Part shown: positions 62,052 through 64,000 of the stretch, piece by piece
How the letters are laid out: each line of letters begins with the position of its first letter
How positions within the stretch are numbered: the stretch's first letter is position 1
NCBI GenBank assembly: GCA_046710905.1
Contig: JBKEHN010000001.1
Location: forward strand, 4,930 to 68,929
Source of the DNA: Colwellia sp.
GTDB lineage: Bacteria; Pseudomonadota; Gammaproteobacteria; Enterobacterales; Alteromonadaceae
Direction of reading: 5' to 3'
DNA length: 64,000 nucleotides
The notes under the pieces: model-generated
What the model was told of the DNA's origin: nothing
Seen by the model: only the letters and a program-made list of their open reading frames with translations
Database searches by the model: none
Program-made: the position numbers and the translations under genes

Positions 62052-63533
62052 ATGAGTAATCAAGTTGGCATAAAGTTGTGGTCATTTACAGGGAAAATGA
62101 AAATACTCCATTTAAGTTGGATGGCATTTTTTATCACCTTTATGGTGTGGTTTAACCATGCACCATTACTGGCCGTTATTGCCGATAGTTTAGGTCTAAG
62201 TAGTAGTGAAATTAAAACATTATTGATTTTAAATGTCGCGTTGACTATACCTGCACGTGTCATTATTGGCATGCTAACTGATAAATATGGTCCTAGGTTA
62301 ACCTTTGCTGTGTTACTTGCGGTCTGCAGTGTGCCTTGTTTTATGTTTGCTCTAGCACAAAATTTTGAGCAAGCAGCAATATCTCGATTTTTACTAGGTT
62401 TTATCGGTGCTGGTTTTGTTATTGGTATTCGTATGGTAAGTGAATGGTTTCCTGCTCATGAGTTAGGGACTGCTGAAGGTCTTTATGGTGGCTGGGGTAA
62501 CTTTGGCTCAGCGGCTGCAGCAATGTCTTTACCTATGTTAGCCCTTTTTATTGGCGATACTTTTGGGGTAGAAGAAGCATGGCGTTATTCAGTTGCCCTC
62601 ACTGGTTTATTAAGTTTGATTTTTAGTTTTATTTGGTATGCCAATGTTACGGACACACCAAAGGGGGCTACCTATTTTAAGCCTAAACAAACAGGCGCGA
62701 TGGAAGTTACTAGCGTAAGTGATTTTTATTTACTGTTAATCATGAAGTTACCTATGTATGGGGCATTAGCATTACTGACTTGGAAGCTATCGCCTGAAGG
62801 CGTTAGTTTACTTTCAAGTAATATGGCCATTGCTGCTTATGTAGGTTTAGTTGTACTCTTTATTGTTGAAGTAAGAAAAACCTACCAAATCAACGGACAT
62901 TTATTTAGCGAAGAAGTTCCTGAGATTCACCGCTACGAATTTAAACAAGTTGCGGTACTAAATGTATTATACTTTGCGACGTTTGGTTCTGAACTAGCTG
63001 TTGTATCTATGTTACCTTTATTCTTTGCCGAAACCTTTAGTTTAGATATGGTTTATGCGGGTTTACTTGCGTCGTTGTATGCTTTTATGAATTTAATGTC
63101 GCGACCTGGTGGCGGTTGGTTAAGTGATAAGTTTGGCCGTAAAAAAACCTTACTCATCTTAACGGCTGGTTTAGCGGTAGGTTATTTGGCTATGTCACTT
63201 ATTGACAGTACTTGGCCACTGGTATTGGCTGTTGTTACTGCAATGGCATGTTCGTTCTTTGTTCAGGCAGGCGAAGGGGCAGTGTTTGCTGCAGTACCAT
63301 TAATTAAACGTCGATTAACAGGACAGATAGCCGGTATGACCGGTGCTTATGGTAATGTTGGTGCGGTTGTTTATCTAACGGTATTATCTATGGTGAGCTA
63401 CCAAGATTTCTTCTTAGTGATTGCGGCAACCGCTGTCGTTGGTTTTATCACCTTACTCTTTATGAAAGAGCCAAAAGGCTCTATGACTGAGATTCGTGAA
63501 GATGGCACAGTAGAATTAATTCAAGTTAGTTAG
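62052..63533 (+). CDS. NarK/NasA family nitrate/nitrite MFS transporter
   Basis: [49 protein letters not shown]. Confidence 0.93.
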   Translation: MSNQVGIKLWSFTGKMKILHLSWMAFFITFMVWFNHAPLLAVIADSLGLSSSEIKTLLILNVALTIPARVIIGMLTDKYGPRLTFAVLLAVCSVPCFMFALAQNFEQAAISRFLLGFIGAGFVIGIRMVSEWFPAHELGTAEGLYGGWGNFGSAAAAMSLPMLALFIGDTFGVEEAWRYSVALTGLLSLIFSFIWYANVTDTPKGATYFKPKQTGAMEVTSVSDFYLLLIMKLPMYGALALLTWKLSPEGVSLLSSNMAIAAYVGLVVLFIVEVRKTYQINGHLFSEEVPEIHRYEFKQVAVLNVLYFATFGSELAVVSMLPLFFAETFSLDMVYAGLLASLYAFMNLMSRPGGGWLSDKFGRKKTLLILTAGLAVGYLAMSLIDSTWPLVLAVVTAMACSFFVQAGEGAVFAAVPLIKRRLTGQIAGMTGAYGNVGAVVYLTVLSMVSYQDFFLVIAATAVVGFITLLFMKEPKGSMTEIREDGTVELIQVS

Positions 63534-63636
63534 TTTACATGCATTAACCACGGGATAAATACTATTCATTATTCTGTGGTTACGTTAAGTGGGGTGTACA
63601 TATCACTAACATGAACAAGACTCGTATGAGCAAGCA

Positions 63637-64000
63637 ATGACAAAAAAAAACACGACCGCTATCAAGACTACTCAAGCTAAGTTAGAGGTCTCTTTAGGTG
63701 GTTACAGTAGTGCAGGTATTAAGGCTGACAATCAAGATGCTTTTGCTTCTTTAGTGCCTAATCCCACCGAGCTAACCGCCAAAGGTGTTGTTGCTGTGAT
63801 TGCCGATGGTGTTTCTAGTGCAAGTAAGGCGGCCGAAGCTGCGCAAATATCGGTCACACAATTTATTGGTGACTATTATGCAACACCAGCAACATGGTCG
63901 ACCCAAAAATCGGCGGGTAAGGTGTTATCAAGTTTAAATCAATGGCTTAATGCACAAGTAGATAACAAAACAGGCTATTCCCTTCAATGGTTAACAACGT
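63637..64000 (+). CDS. PP2C-type phosphatase N-terminus, probably the bifunctional Ser/Thr kinase/phosphatase of nitrate clusters (runs off the window)
   Basis: My translation from ATG 63637: SSAGIKADNQDAF...KGVVAVIADGVSS...DYYATPATW. Confidence 0.8.
   Translation, partial: MTKKNTTAIKTTQAKLEVSLGGYSSAGIKADNQDAFASLVPNPTELTAKGVVAVIADGVSSASKAAEAAQISVTQFIGDYYATPATWSTQKSAGKVLSSLNQWLNAQVDNKTGYSLQWLTT

Noticed and set aside
518-62272. Numerous 60-170 aa ORFs antisense to or overlapping confident genes (e.g. 518-919, 5335-5595, 24721-25236, 59526-60035)
   Set aside because: Shadow ORFs of real or pseudogene frames with no independent motifs

Overview
AT-rich gammaproteobacterial chromosome segment; gene content and repeats suggest Colwelliaceae/Alteromonadales (inference, no search run). 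Positions 1-8070 look like an eroded island at the 3' end of tRNA-Arg(CCG). It holds TRAP dctQM, maleate isomerase, a YbhB/YbcL gene, dead ybcL-like and gntR genes, a DcaP porin, an IS911-like end and a BrxR/CapW-type WYL fragment. The backbone carries manC, a tag-like gene, prlC, gorA, polA, gmk-rpoZ-spoT-ridA-trmH-recG, an aspC/tyrB aminotransferase, greB and tex. The right half has a probable acetate/monocarboxylate cluster (SLC5-fused kinase, DcaP, MCP, DEDDh nuclease, cNMP-CBS-nucleotidyltransferase, DUF4212 plus symporter) marked by TAGAC-N4-GTCTA boxes, two peptidases, and the start of a sigma54 nitrate-assimilation operon. The most notable unannotated signals are: a strongly structured Fur-boxed orphan sRNA (42.25-42.49 kb), two tandem diverged copies of a peptidase gene's own 3' end, about a dozen modular and reciprocally nested ERIC-like MITEs, and more than ten pseudogenes. 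All calls were made by eye.
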